From Patescibacteria group bacterium (GTDB lineage Bacteria > Patescibacteriota > JABMPQ01 > JAHIRA01), in NCBI GenBank assembly GCA_018818205.1, contig JAHISJ010000006.1, forward strand, positions 41,817-105,816: a DNA stretch of 64,000 nt, read 5' to 3'. Under the pieces are notes generated by a model. That model made no database searches. It was given only the letters and a program-made list of their open reading frames with translations, and had not been told where the DNA came from. The translations under genes and the position numbers were made by a program. Positions 8,166-17,396 of this stretch are shown here, piece after piece. Within the stretch, counting starts at the first letter, position 1, and each line of letters begins with the position of its first letter.

Positions 8166-11003
8166 ATGAAGAAACATCGAGTTAAAGCGCTTGTCGCGCT
8201 TGTTCTTGCAGGGGTTATGTCCTTTGCAACCTATTACTATGTGGTTCCAAATCAACCACAGGATTTAGATTTGAGTGCAAAAGAGGCTGAGGCACTCACG
8301 CAAAATTGGGATCAAGTGTCCCCAGTGGGAATTAATGCAAATGCAGCAAATATTGGTAAAGCCACAGATACTTTAACGGCTTCCGGAAGCTATCTTTATG
8401 CTACTGCAAGAAGGACCGATCCGATATTGCCATCACTTTGGCGATACGAATATGTTAATAGTCAAAATTCATGGACACAGATTACTGAGGATGCCTGTGG
8501 TGCTTCTGCTGAAGCAGAATATTTTACTGCATCGGTTGATTTTGAAGGTGATTACGTTGCAGCAGTTTTTGATGAAACAAATGGTGCTTCCGTTGTTAAA
8601 ATAAACAATGGGCAAGTAGGCTGTACTGCAGCAAATAAGTTGGGTACAACGGGGCTTGGGTATGGAAGTGACCTTTCAAACATTACTGACTTGTTTGTGC
8701 TCGAAGGTACTCTGTATGCCTTTGGTACTTTTGATACAGGTCATTCAGGAGCAGTCTTGCTTCAATATAACGAAGGATCAGGTACATGGTCGCATGTTGC
8801 ATCTCGTGAGGATGGACAGTTTGGCGCGACAACTACTGATTCTCAGCGGTGTGATGTTTCTGAAAGTCGAGCATACTGTACTTTTATGGGTAGCTCAGGT
8901 ATCCAGTTTTATACTGCAAGTGTAGGGAATATGCAAACTTGGGAGCAGCTAGGTCCACAAGGAAATAAAGATGGGTTTGGTGATCCGGGTAATGTACTTG
9001 CATGGGGGGTTGCTTTCACCTACGGGAAAGTATACGTTGGAACATCCCATCCTACAGGTGGGCAGCTTTGGCAGTATGTTGAAGGAAGTGCACATGACTC
9101 AATGAAGCAGATAAATCAGAATGGCTTTGGATCAGCAAATAACCAACATGTATGGGATATTGCAGAGCTGAATGGATACGTGTGGGCGACGGTATTTGAT
9201 ACCAATAGGAAGGCAAGCGTGTATCGTCTACAAGATCCGGATGCGAAAACTTGGGAATTGGCAAATATGCAAGGAGGGAGTTTTAAAGCAACAAATGAAC
9301 CTGTAATTGCGCTTACAAATTACAACAACAATATGTATGCGCTTGGGTATGACTATGATGGAGCTACAGACAGTTATATACAGGCGTATCGTTTTAAAGA
9401 CTATACCAAGCCTGAAGTATCAAACCGTGATCCCATGCCTTTATCTGGAGCAATCGTTGCACGTCCGGAAATGAAGTTTACCACAACTGATGATGAAACG
9501 GGAAACGATGTTGGAACTATTGCGGTAACTGTTACTGGTCAAACGAGTGGACAGCATGCTAATTTAACGATTGGCAAAACGCTTGCATCTGCTACTGAGA
9601 CAAACGCGCGAGTGTACAACTGGACTGTTCAATCGGACAAGGATTTTGCTTCAAGTGAGTTTGTCACTATTGATGTAACGATTTGTGACCGGTTTGTGTT
9701 GCAAAATTGTACAACCGATTCATGGGACTTTAGAGCACTTGCTATAGTTCCTGGTGGTCCAGGTGGTATTCTCAGGTTCAAAGCCCCAAGTGGTGTATGG
9801 CAAAATGACGACAAAACATATCAAGCTAAGGGAATGGTGCAGGTTGGTGTATTAGATGTGAGTGGCATCAAACAGGTCAGGTACACAGTTGATGGCTCAA
9901 ATCCAAATCAAAATTCAAAAGAACTTAAGAAGTGTGAGACGCTGTCATTTGTTAAGGATACTGTACTTAAGTATATTACGATTGATGACAGCGGAAACGT
10001 ATCTGAAGTATACTCGGTAAATATTCTTCTTCCAACGTCTACGGCAAATAAAACTCCCTTCATAGCAACAGCCCCCGGTAAAACAGGTGGTCCTGATGTC
10101 AAAGTATTTGACAAGAATGGAAATATGCAAGCTGAGTGGAATGCATTTGCCAAGGACTTACGCTGTGGTGCACGAGTAACTACCGGTGACATAAACGGTG
10201 ACGGTACTGATGAAGTCATTGTTGGATCCGGTGAAGGATGTACATCTCACGTGAGAGTATTCTCACCAAACGGTGTCGCAAAGCCTATTGATTACTTTCC
10301 GTTTGGCACTGACTCACGTACCGGTGCGGATGTTGCCGCAGGTGATGTTGACGGTGATGGTAAAGATGAAATTGCTATGATGCAATTTAGAAACGGTGAG
10401 ACTTGGGTAAAGGTGTATCGTTACAACAATCCTAGAGACATTGTTGGTGAGTGGCGAGCATACGAGGCTGGACAAGAATTTGGTGGAACTGTAGCTATGG
10501 GTGACTTTGACTACGATGGTAAAGCAGAGGTAGTAACCGGTGCCGGACCATCAGGCGATCCTCATATACGAATGTTTGAAGCAGACGGAGCGTTTAAAGG
10601 TGATCTCTACGCATTCCCACATTATGGTCTTGGATGGGAGCGTGAGGATGTCAGACGCGGCATAGACGTTTCAGCAGGCGACACTGATTTTGATGGTAAA
10701 GATGAAATTATGGCAACCGTTGCTGAAGGCGCACAAGCATACATGAAGGTCTACAGATGGAACAAGAGACGAAACATCATCATGGAAAACAAAGCATATG
10801 ACGCGCATGTTGGTACCAATGGATCACTCGGCGACGTTGACCAAGATGGATTTGCTGAGGCAGTCTCAGGTCCCGGATTTGGCGGCGGCCCTCAGGTGAG
10901 AGCGTTTGAAATGAACAAAGAACCTATAGAAAACACCGACTTCTTTGCCTACCTGAAATCATTCAGAGGTGGTACGGACATAGAGGTTGGGTATAGAAAG
11001 TAA
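8166..11003 (+). CDS. large secreted protein with C-terminal FG-GAP/VCBS-type beta-propeller repeats
   Basis: 945 aa; N-terminal signal peptide (KALVALVLAGVMSFA); >=5 repeats of GD(I/V/F/T)(N/D)GDG(T/K)DE(V/I) with intervening FG-like segments typical of FG-GAP repeats. Confidence 0.7.
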   Translation: MKKHRVKALVALVLAGVMSFATYYYVVPNQPQDLDLSAKEAEALTQNWDQVSPVGINANAANIGKATDTLTASGSYLYATARRTDPILPSLWRYEYVNSQNSWTQITEDACGASAEAEYFTASVDFEGDYVAAVFDETNGASVVKINNGQVGCTAANKLGTTGLGYGSDLSNITDLFVLEGTLYAFGTFDTGHSGAVLLQYNEGSGTWSHVASREDGQFGATTTDSQRCDVSESRAYCTFMGSSGIQFYTASVGNMQTWEQLGPQGNKDGFGDPGNVLAWGVAFTYGKVYVGTSHPTGGQLWQYVEGSAHDSMKQINQNGFGSANNQHVWDIAELNGYVWATVFDTNRKASVYRLQDPDAKTWELANMQGGSFKATNEPVIALTNYNNNMYALGYDYDGATDSYIQAYRFKDYTKPEVSNRDPMPLSGAIVARPEMKFTTTDDETGNDVGTIAVTVTGQTSGQHANLTIGKTLASATETNARVYNWTVQSDKDFASSEFVTIDVTICDRFVLQNCTTDSWDFRALAIVPGGPGGILRFKAPSGVWQNDDKTYQAKGMVQVGVLDVSGIKQVRYTVDGSNPNQNSKELKKCETLSFVKDTVLKYITIDDSGNVSEVYSVNILLPTSTANKTPFIATAPGKTGGPDVKVFDKNGNMQAEWNAFAKDLRCGARVTTGDINGDGTDEVIVGSGEGCTSHVRVFSPNGVAKPIDYFPFGTDSRTGADVAAGDVDGDGKDEIAMMQFRNGETWVKVYRYNNPRDIVGEWRAYEAGQEFGGTVAMGDFDYDGKAEVVTGAGPSGDPHIRMFEADGAFKGDLYAFPHYGLGWEREDVRRGIDVSAGDTDFDGKDEIMATVAEGAQAYMKVYRWNKRRNIIMENKAYDAHVGTNGSLGDVDQDGFAEAVSGPGFGGGPQVRAFEMNKEPIENTDFFAYLKSFRGGTDIEVGYRK

Positions 11004-11009
11004 ACAGTA

Positions 11010-11092
11010 GGGGCGCCCCTTGTGGGCGCCCATCTAATAATTGTATCGCATTCAATACGGGCGCCCACAAGGGGCGCCCGTACGTTTTTTTT
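11010..11092 (+). terminator. GC-rich 21-22 bp palindromic hairpin + T8 run (terminator / REP-like element)
   Basis: arms GGGGCGCCCCTTGTGGGCGCCC (11010-11031) and GGGCGCCCACAAGGGGCGCCC (11059-11079), 27-nt loop, followed by TTTTTTTT; between convergent genes. Confidence 0.55.
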
Positions 11093-11978
11093 ATTTTAAA
11101 AACGTTTCAATAAGAGACACAGCCTCTTCCTTATTCTTGATCTGGTGAACATTTTTGTATCGCTTAAACCAAGTAAGTTGCCTTTTTGCATATCTTCTTG
11201 TTTCCTTCTTTATGTCTTTGATTGCGTGATCTAGCTCAATTTCACCGTCTAAATAGGGGAATAATTGCTTGTATCCAAGCGAAGAAAGTGCTGGTAGATT
11301 TTTAGGATATCTTTTAAGCAGTTCTTTTGTTTCATCTATGAGACCTTCCTCAATCATCTTATCTACACGCGTGTTGATTTGTTTGTACAGATTAAACCGT
11401 GAGATCTTTGGCATAAGGTAGAGCGGTTCTAAGAAAGGTTCTCCAGGTTTGTAATAAAAGGAAAAAGGTTTATCTGATTTTTTACATACCTCGAGTGCTC
11501 TAATAACCCGTCTGGGATTTTTTGGATCGACAATATTTTTTGAATCAGGATCTAATGTAATAAGTTCTTTGTAGAGTGTTTTGAGGCCATCTTTTTTAAT
11601 TCTTTGCTCAAGCGTGTGTCTTAATTTTTTGTCAGGTGGAATGTTTGGAAAATTGAGATTCTTAACTAACGCATCAATATAGAGGCCTGTTCCTCCGACC
11701 AAGAAGGGGAGACCTTGCTTGGTGTCAATAATGCTCTTTGAATCTTTTTTAAAGTGAGAAACGGTATAGTCTTCATCAGGACGTACCATATCAATAAGAT
11801 AATGGGGGACTAACTTTCTCTCTTTCTCACTTGTTTTTGCGGTCCCTATATTCATACCGGTATACACTTGTCTGGAATCAGCGGAAATAATGTATCCTTG
11901 GAATTTTTTTGCGAGGAATAAAGACAAATCGGTTTTCCCTGATGCGGTTGGTCCCAATATGACGATTATTTTTTTCAT
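11091..11978 (-). CDS. miaA: tRNA dimethylallyltransferase
   Basis: 295 aa; IVILGPTASGKTDLS...IISADSRQVYTGMNIGTAK canonical MiaA. Confidence 0.9.
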   Translation of the reverse strand: MKKIIVILGPTASGKTDLSLFLAKKFQGYIISADSRQVYTGMNIGTAKTSEKERKLVPHYLIDMVRPDEDYTVSHFKKDSKSIIDTKQGLPFLVGGTGLYIDALVKNLNFPNIPPDKKLRHTLEQRIKKDGLKTLYKELITLDPDSKNIVDPKNPRRVIRALEVCKKSDKPFSFYYKPGEPFLEPLYLMPKISRFNLYKQINTRVDKMIEEGLIDETKELLKRYPKNLPALSSLGYKQLFPYLDGEIELDHAIKDIKKETRRYAKRQLTWFKRYKNVHQIKNKEEAVSLIETFLK

Positions 11979-13267
11979 GCGCGTACCACTTCTCCCTCAA
12001 ACCCCCAGTCACGTGCATTTGTTATTGCTACTCTAACAAACTGGCCGGTTTCTATAGGCTTTTTGGAGTTACATTTAACTGTTTTAAACGGTGCCGTTTT
12101 GCCAATATAGAGAGTGTTTTTTTCTTCGCGTGTTTTAGTGACAATTTGTTTGTCTATGAGTACGGTGACTGTTTCTCCAATCATCTTTTTATTGTTTTGT
12201 ATATTTTTGTTTTTTAAGATATCCAGTATCAAATGTTCACGTTCTTTTTTTCCCTGTGGCGAGACCGTTTCTTCCAGTAATGCTGCCTTAGTTCCCGGAC
12301 GGGGAGAAAATCTGCTAATGTACGCCATGTTAAAGTCGATTCGTTTACATAAATCGAGCGTATCATCAAAATCTTTTGTAGTCTCACCGGGGAATCCAAC
12401 TATGATATCAGTTGAGAGGGATACGTTTGGGATTGTAGCCTTAATATAGTCCGTGAGTTCAATGCAGTGATTATGGGTATAATGACGATTCATTGCTTTT
12501 AAAATAGTATCTGATCCTGATTGCACCGCAAAGTGAATATACGAACACAGTTTTTGTTCACGTGCTATGGTGTTGATCAATTCTTTTGACATGTCTTTAG
12601 GATGTGATGATACAAACCATATCCAAAAATCAGCATCTATTGCACAGATTCTTCTGAGCAGTTGTTCAAAATTAATATCTTCTTCAAGGTTTTTGCCGTA
12701 TGAGTTAACGTTTTGTCCAATGAGTGTAAACGCTTTATATCCCTTTTTCACCAGTTCATTGATTTCTTGAATGATGTTTTCTGATTTTCGTGATACTTCT
12801 CGACCTCGAGAATAGGGGACAACGCAGTATGAGCAAAAATTATCACAGCCGCTCATGATTGGGATATACGCATGGATTTTTGATTCAAGGCTAGGAGCAA
12901 TGTTTAAGTAGTCTGCAGAATCAATTGTTACTGCTTTAGTGGTTTGTTTTCCTATTATTTGTGGTAAATTCTCTAAATCTTTTATTTCAAAGCAAAACGA
13001 TGCCTTCTCGCTCAGCTTTTTTTTCTGTATGTTGACCATGCAGCCGGTAACACCAATGGTAGGACCATCTGACTTTTTATTGCGCGATAAAAAGGTAAAT
13101 ACGCGATCTTCAGCAGACTTTCTTATTGAGCAGGTGTTTAGAATAATCACATCAGCATCTTCTGGGCAGTCAACGTGAGTCATGGAAGCGTTTTGTAGGG
13201 TGGTGACAATGCGCTCAGAATCTGATTTGTTCATCTGACAGCCAAATGTTTTGATAAAGAAATTCAT
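11975..13267 (-). CDS. miaB: tRNA-i6A37 methylthiotransferase (radical SAM)
   Basis: 430 aa; N-terminal MTTase FFIKTFGCQMN, radical-SAM CDNFCSYCVVP, TRAM C-terminus; 4-nt overlap with miaA. Confidence 0.9.
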   Translation of the reverse strand: MNFFIKTFGCQMNKSDSERIVTTLQNASMTHVDCPEDADVIILNTCSIRKSAEDRVFTFLSRNKKSDGPTIGVTGCMVNIQKKKLSEKASFCFEIKDLENLPQIIGKQTTKAVTIDSADYLNIAPSLESKIHAYIPIMSGCDNFCSYCVVPYSRGREVSRKSENIIQEINELVKKGYKAFTLIGQNVNSYGKNLEEDINFEQLLRRICAIDADFWIWFVSSHPKDMSKELINTIAREQKLCSYIHFAVQSGSDTILKAMNRHYTHNHCIELTDYIKATIPNVSLSTDIIVGFPGETTKDFDDTLDLCKRIDFNMAYISRFSPRPGTKAALLEETVSPQGKKEREHLILDILKNKNIQNNKKMIGETVTVLIDKQIVTKTREEKNTLYIGKTAPFKTVKCNSKKPIETGQFVRVAITNARDWGFEGEVVRA

Positions 13268-13361
13268 ACAAAATGGTTTTTAGGGTTTCTAAACGATATC
13301 GAGAAACCATGGAAAAGTCAAATACATTTGTGCTATACTACTACCTAGATAATCAAAAAAT

Positions 13362-14714
13362 ATGCCAAACTCAAATCAACCACAAAAAAAAGCACAGGCG
13401 CCGCAGGATTTGCCACTTTCCGGACAAGGAGGAGTGCCGCAGACGCCAGCGAGTCCACCTGAACCAAAGGTTCCCTCTGCAAGTGAACCTAATAAACAGC
13501 AACCTGAGCCGCAAAAACCAGTTGAGCCTACTATGAAACCACAGCCGCAGGCAGCAGCACCGGAACCCGCAGCTCAGCCTAAGCCGGCTGAAGCTCCGAT
13601 GCAGGGGAATGTACCCCCAGATAAACCTCTCATGGACGATGTATTAAAGCCAAAAGAAGCACCACGTCCTAATCCTTCTTTGCAAAAAGAGCCCCCCACT
13701 CCAAGCATGGAGCCAATTGAAGGTGTACCTCAGTCGTCTAATGAGGCTTCATTGCCACCTGAGCCGTTTGCTGAAAAAACACCAGAGGTACCTGAACCAG
13801 GAGCTCCCATTGCTGATGCCCCGCTTGAGGAAGTGCCGCAAGGAGGGAGTCCAGAGGACATAATGGAATCACTTTCAGATAAGACTATTGCGTCTTCTGA
13901 ACGCAAGGTTTTACTCTACAAAATCGTAACGGTTCTTATTGTGGTACTTATTTTGGGGGGATTGGTATTTGGTGGTGTTTTTGTGTACAACAGGTGGGTA
14001 AAACCGTCACTTGATAAAGATGTTGTTGAGGAGCAGGGTGGTGTTGTTCCATCTAATGAACAAGGTACTGGTACCGGGCAGGCGACTGATTTAGATAAAG
14101 ATGGTCTTCCAAATGACTGGGAGACAAACCATGGGTTAAATCCCAATGATCCCGCAGATGCGTTTGATGATCCTGATTTTGATCAGCTAAACAACAGTGA
14201 AGAGTATAAATATGGTTCCGATCCAGACAATCCAGATACGGATAGAGACGGGTTTAGAGATGGGATAGAAGTACAAAAAGGCTATAATCCAAGTGGAGAA
14301 GGCAAGATCGGAGACGGAAGCACTACCGATCAGGGGGGTGGGAGTGATTTTGCAGACGTTGCTGGTTCCTGGAAGGGTATAATGACTGGAGCACAGTATA
14401 CTGCAGATGATCTTGAGTTTACAATCAATAATGATGGCACCATTTTGGCCACGTATAATCTCAAACGTGCAGGTGGAGGTGACCCGGTTTTTAGTAGAGG
14501 TAAGGGTACATTTACGTATAGTAAGAGCACCCGCGTTTTTACTTCTGAGCTTTCTGTAAAAGGATTTTTTCAGCAGGATAGCGTTGATTATGCATTAAAG
14601 CTTAACGGGCAATCAAAGGGAGACGGATCGATTTCTGGAACATGGAATCTGGTTCCATCGCGTGAAGTGCCATGGCTTTTAAAGGATGGTGGAACGTTTA
14701 CGTTGAATCAATAA
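13362..14714 (+). CDS. type-II membrane protein with Pro-rich cytoplasmic tail and thrombospondin-type-3-like Ca-binding repeats (family member 1)
   Basis: 450 aa; PQ/PE-rich N-terminus, one TM (IVTVLIVVLILGGLVFGGVFV), then DLDKDGLPNDWE...DPDNPDTDRDGFRDGIEVQKGYNPSGEGKIGD; paralogous to 17397..18599 and 18623..19552. Confidence 0.6.
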   Translation: MPNSNQPQKKAQAPQDLPLSGQGGVPQTPASPPEPKVPSASEPNKQQPEPQKPVEPTMKPQPQAAAPEPAAQPKPAEAPMQGNVPPDKPLMDDVLKPKEAPRPNPSLQKEPPTPSMEPIEGVPQSSNEASLPPEPFAEKTPEVPEPGAPIADAPLEEVPQGGSPEDIMESLSDKTIASSERKVLLYKIVTVLIVVLILGGLVFGGVFVYNRWVKPSLDKDVVEEQGGVVPSNEQGTGTGQATDLDKDGLPNDWETNHGLNPNDPADAFDDPDFDQLNNSEEYKYGSDPDNPDTDRDGFRDGIEVQKGYNPSGEGKIGDGSTTDQGGGSDFADVAGSWKGIMTGAQYTADDLEFTINNDGTILATYNLKRAGGGDPVFSRGKGTFTYSKSTRVFTSELSVKGFFQQDSVDYALKLNGQSKGDGSISGTWNLVPSREVPWLLKDGGTFTLNQ

Positions 14715-14735
14715 CATTTGTACGAATATCAATAT

Positions 14736-14760
14736 AAAAACGCCCTTGCGGGCGTTTTTT
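14736..14760 (+). terminator. intrinsic terminator (AACGCCC-ttgc-GGGCGTT + T6)
   Basis: perfect GC hairpin and T-run 22 nt after stop of 13362..14714. Confidence 0.7.
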
Positions 14761-14763
14761 CGT

Positions 14764-14846
14764 TTGTTATCGTAGGGGCGCGTCTATTGTACGGACGTGC
14801 CTATGTATCGTACGGGTGCGCCGCGGCGCACCCGTACGATAACAAT
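14764..14846. repeat. GC-rich nested palindromic element (36-nt perfect palindrome inside 11-bp outer inverted repeat)
   Basis: TATCGTACGGGTGCGCCGCGGCGCACCCGTACGATA (14806-14841) is a perfect palindrome; outer arms TTGTTATCGTA (14764-14774)/TACGATAACAA (14835-14845); no T-run on either strand; shares CGTACGGG(C/T)GC core with element at 11059-11084. Confidence 0.5.
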
Positions 14847-14847
14847 G

Positions 14848-16059
14848 TTATGAAATAACGTTCAATTCTTTACCGACCTTCTCAAATGCGGCAATACCGG
14901 TGTCTAAGTCTTCTTTGGTATGCGATGCGGAAGGCATGACTCGGATTCGTGCGGTTCCTTTTGGTACCATAGGAAACTTAATGGCCGTTGCGTATATGTT
15001 GTTTTCAAAGAGTTTAGTGCTAAAATCCTTTGCGGTGTTTTCATCACCAATCATGACGGGGGTAATAGGGCTTTCGCTTTTACCGGTGTCAAACCCAAGG
15101 GCCTTAAGCTCTTTTTTGAGATACTCAGCATTTTCCCACAGTTTTTTCACTAGTTCGTCCGACTCTTCCAAAGTGTTTACTGATGCAATAAGTGCAGCTG
15201 CATCAGGAACTGAGAGGCCGTTTGAGAAAAGAAACTGTCGTCCTTTTTGGCGGTAATACTCAATTAACTCTTTTTTCCCGGTAATAAATCCACCCATAAC
15301 GCCAAATGCTTTTGACATAGTGCCAACTTCAATATCTACTTCACCATCGAGGTTAAAATGGTTAACAATACCGCGACCATGATCACCTAAAACTCCCTCG
15401 CCATGAGCGTCATCTACCATCGTAAATGCATCGTACTTTTTGGCGAGCTCGACTATGTGTGGCAGGGGAGCAAGGTCACCGTCCATAGAAAAAACTCCAT
15501 CAGTAATAATGAGGATTCTCTTTTGACCACCATCTGACCGTAATTCCTTTTGAGCTTCTTTTGCTTCTTCTAGCCTTTTAGAGAGATCATCCATATTTGC
15601 ATGAGCATAGATGAACTTTGTTTTAACTCCTGAAAGTCGTACACCATCAATGATTGATGCATGGTTGAGCTCGTCAGAAATAACAATATCTTCTTTACCA
15701 ATGATGGTTTGTATTGCACAAAGATTAGCCATGTAGCCGCCGGTAAGGGCAAGAGCTGCCTCAGCGTGTTTAAAGTGTGCAAGCTTCTCTTCCAGTTCAA
15801 TATGAAGAGCGTTTGTACCGGAGAGTGCTCGTACTGAACCGGTACCAACACCGTATTTTTCTACCGCTTCTAGCACTGCCTTTTTTAAATTGTCATGTGC
15901 AGCAAGCCCGAGGTAATTATTTGAACAGAGATTAAGCTTTTTCTCTCCATCAATAGTAAGCCATGCACCCTGGCTCGACTCGATAACTTTAATGGTGTTA
16001 AAGAGTCCGTCTTCTTTCATTTGCTCTATTTCTTGAGCAAACACGTGGTATTTATCCAT
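14848..16059 (-). CDS. kbl: 2-amino-3-ketobutyrate CoA ligase (glycine C-acetyltransferase), class-II aminotransferase
   Basis: [11 protein letters not shown]...[12 protein letters not shown]...TMSKAFG (PLP lysine) typical of Kbl/BioF family; adjacent to tdh; start set to ATG 16059 (MDKYHV...) because the upstream 49 codons of the ORF-track call run through a MITE-like repeat. Confidence 0.8.
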   Translation of the reverse strand: MDKYHVFAQEIEQMKEDGLFNTIKVIESSQGAWLTIDGEKKLNLCSNNYLGLAAHDNLKKAVLEAVEKYGVGTGSVRALSGTNALHIELEEKLAHFKHAEAALALTGGYMANLCAIQTIIGKEDIVISDELNHASIIDGVRLSGVKTKFIYAHANMDDLSKRLEEAKEAQKELRSDGGQKRILIITDGVFSMDGDLAPLPHIVELAKKYDAFTMVDDAHGEGVLGDHGRGIVNHFNLDGEVDIEVGTMSKAFGVMGGFITGKKELIEYYRQKGRQFLFSNGLSVPDAAALIASVNTLEESDELVKKLWENAEYLKKELKALGFDTGKSESPITPVMIGDENTAKDFSTKLFENNIYATAIKFPMVPKGTARIRVMPSASHTKEDLDTGIAAFEKVGKELNVIS

Positions 16060-16094
16060 AATTTTTTGTGAGTTCTTAATACTATTTTTTATTC

Positions 16095-16201
16095 TGTCAT
16101 CCCGGACAGTCTTTCCTGAGACTGATTCGGGATCTCCTTGCTTACAGACTAAACCACACGATTCCGGATAGTCACTTAAGAAAGTGGATTCCGGGATGAC
16201 A
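16095..16201. mobile_element. MITE-like element copy 1 (107 bp, perfect 12-bp TIRs TGTCATCCCGGA/TCCGGGATGACA)
   Basis: terminal inverted repeats plus internal hairpin modules (CAGTCTTTCCTGAGACTG; CACTTAAGAAAGTG) and a central module TTCGGGATCTCCTTGCTTACAGACT shared with copy at 47225-47333; located in the tdh-kbl intergenic region. Confidence 0.6.
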
Positions 16202-16221
16202 ATCACTATTTGAGTGTGTTT

Positions 16222-17238
16222 TTACGGCGTAAGAATTATTTTACCTGCTTCACCACTCTTCATAATCTCCATAGCTTTTTCAAATTCCTCGAGTTTAAGT
16301 TCATGTGTGATAATTTTACCTAGATCCACTTTTTTGGAAAGCAGAAGATCAGAGGTTCTGTGCCACGTGTCCCAAATCATGCGACCAAAAATGCTCTTTA
16401 TGGTGAGCTCTTTATTAATCATATACTTACCCCAATCAATACATATTTTTTCCTTTGGGATACCAAAAGCTATGATTGTACCGCACAGCCTTGCAGCCTC
16501 AAACGCTTCTTCTGTTGCTTGCTTGTTTCCTGACATTTCAAGGACAATATCAAATGACCCCAATCTCTCCTTGGAAACAGCATCAAATGTTTCATCACAC
16601 CCCATTTCTTTTCCGAGGTTTTGTCTAAATTTGCTGGGGTCAATGCCGGTTACCACATGAGCACCGTATGCTTTGGCAACTGCAGCAGCACACAGTCCTG
16701 TTGGGCCAAGCCCATATATCAAGACTCGTTTTCCGGGAACGTTAGCAGTGGTAACAACATTAACCGCATTTCCGAGTGGTTCTTGTACGCTCATTTGGTC
16801 TACGGGGATCGTGGGGTCGTTTTTCCAGGTTGTTGCAATGGGGAGTGTTGCGTATTCGGCAAATGCACCATCTCTGCTGATACCAAAGAGTTTCATATTT
16901 TCACAAATATGCGCATTGCCGACGCCACATTGATAGCATTGCCCGCAATAAATATGTGTTTCTGAAGATACGAGATCACCTATTTTAAGGTCTCTTGGGT
17001 CATCAGAATTTATTTCCAGTATTTCTCCTACAACTTCATGACCAATCACAATTGGCGGTGTAATATGTCCCTTTGCCCAGTCACCCCAGTCGTAAATACC
17101 AATATCGGTACCACAGATGGATGCCTTAATGACTTTAATAAGTACTTCGTCTTTTTTGGCCTCAGGAACGGGAACATCTGTGATAGAAACACCTGGTTCA
17201 GGTTTGTTTTTTACCACAGCTCGCATTGTGTCTTTCAT
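16222..17238 (-). CDS. tdh: L-threonine 3-dehydrogenase (zinc-dependent MDR alcohol dehydrogenase family)
   Basis: 338 aa; GHEVVGEI and CGTDIGIY Zn-ADH motifs, NAD GxGxxG (GLGPTGL); operonic with kbl (threonine -> glycine + acetyl-CoA). Confidence 0.8.
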   Translation of the reverse strand: MKDTMRAVVKNKPEPGVSITDVPVPEAKKDEVLIKVIKASICGTDIGIYDWGDWAKGHITPPIVIGHEVVGEILEINSDDPRDLKIGDLVSSETHIYCGQCYQCGVGNAHICENMKLFGISRDGAFAEYATLPIATTWKNDPTIPVDQMSVQEPLGNAVNVVTTANVPGKRVLIYGLGPTGLCAAAVAKAYGAHVVTGIDPSKFRQNLGKEMGCDETFDAVSKERLGSFDIVLEMSGNKQATEEAFEAARLCGTIIAFGIPKEKICIDWGKYMINKELTIKSIFGRMIWDTWHRTSDLLLSKKVDLGKIITHELKLEEFEKAMEIMKSGEAGKIILTP

Positions 17239-17316
17239 ATGATTTTGTTAAATAGTACACGGTAAGTGTAACGTGTTTTGTGTATCGTTGAAAGGGAAAC
17301 TGTGAACTATTTGGAG

Positions 17317-17345
17317 TTGACTCGGTTCATAAAATATGCTATAAT
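17317..17345 (+). promoter_or_regulatory. near-consensus sigma70 promoter TTGACT-N17-(TGc)TATAAT
   Basis: TTGACT 17317-17322, 17-nt spacer, extended -10 TGCTATAAT 17337-17345, ~50 nt upstream of ATG 17397. Confidence 0.6.
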
Positions 17346-17396
17346 GAGAGTGAACATATCTGGATTTTCTAGTTCAAGACAAAATAACAATGTAAT

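Noticed and set aside
14848-16206. ORF-track N-terminal extension of kbl to 16206
   Set aside because: The extra 49 codons read through the MITE-like element (16095-16201); the homologous protein begins at the internal Met (MDKYHV, ATG 16059).
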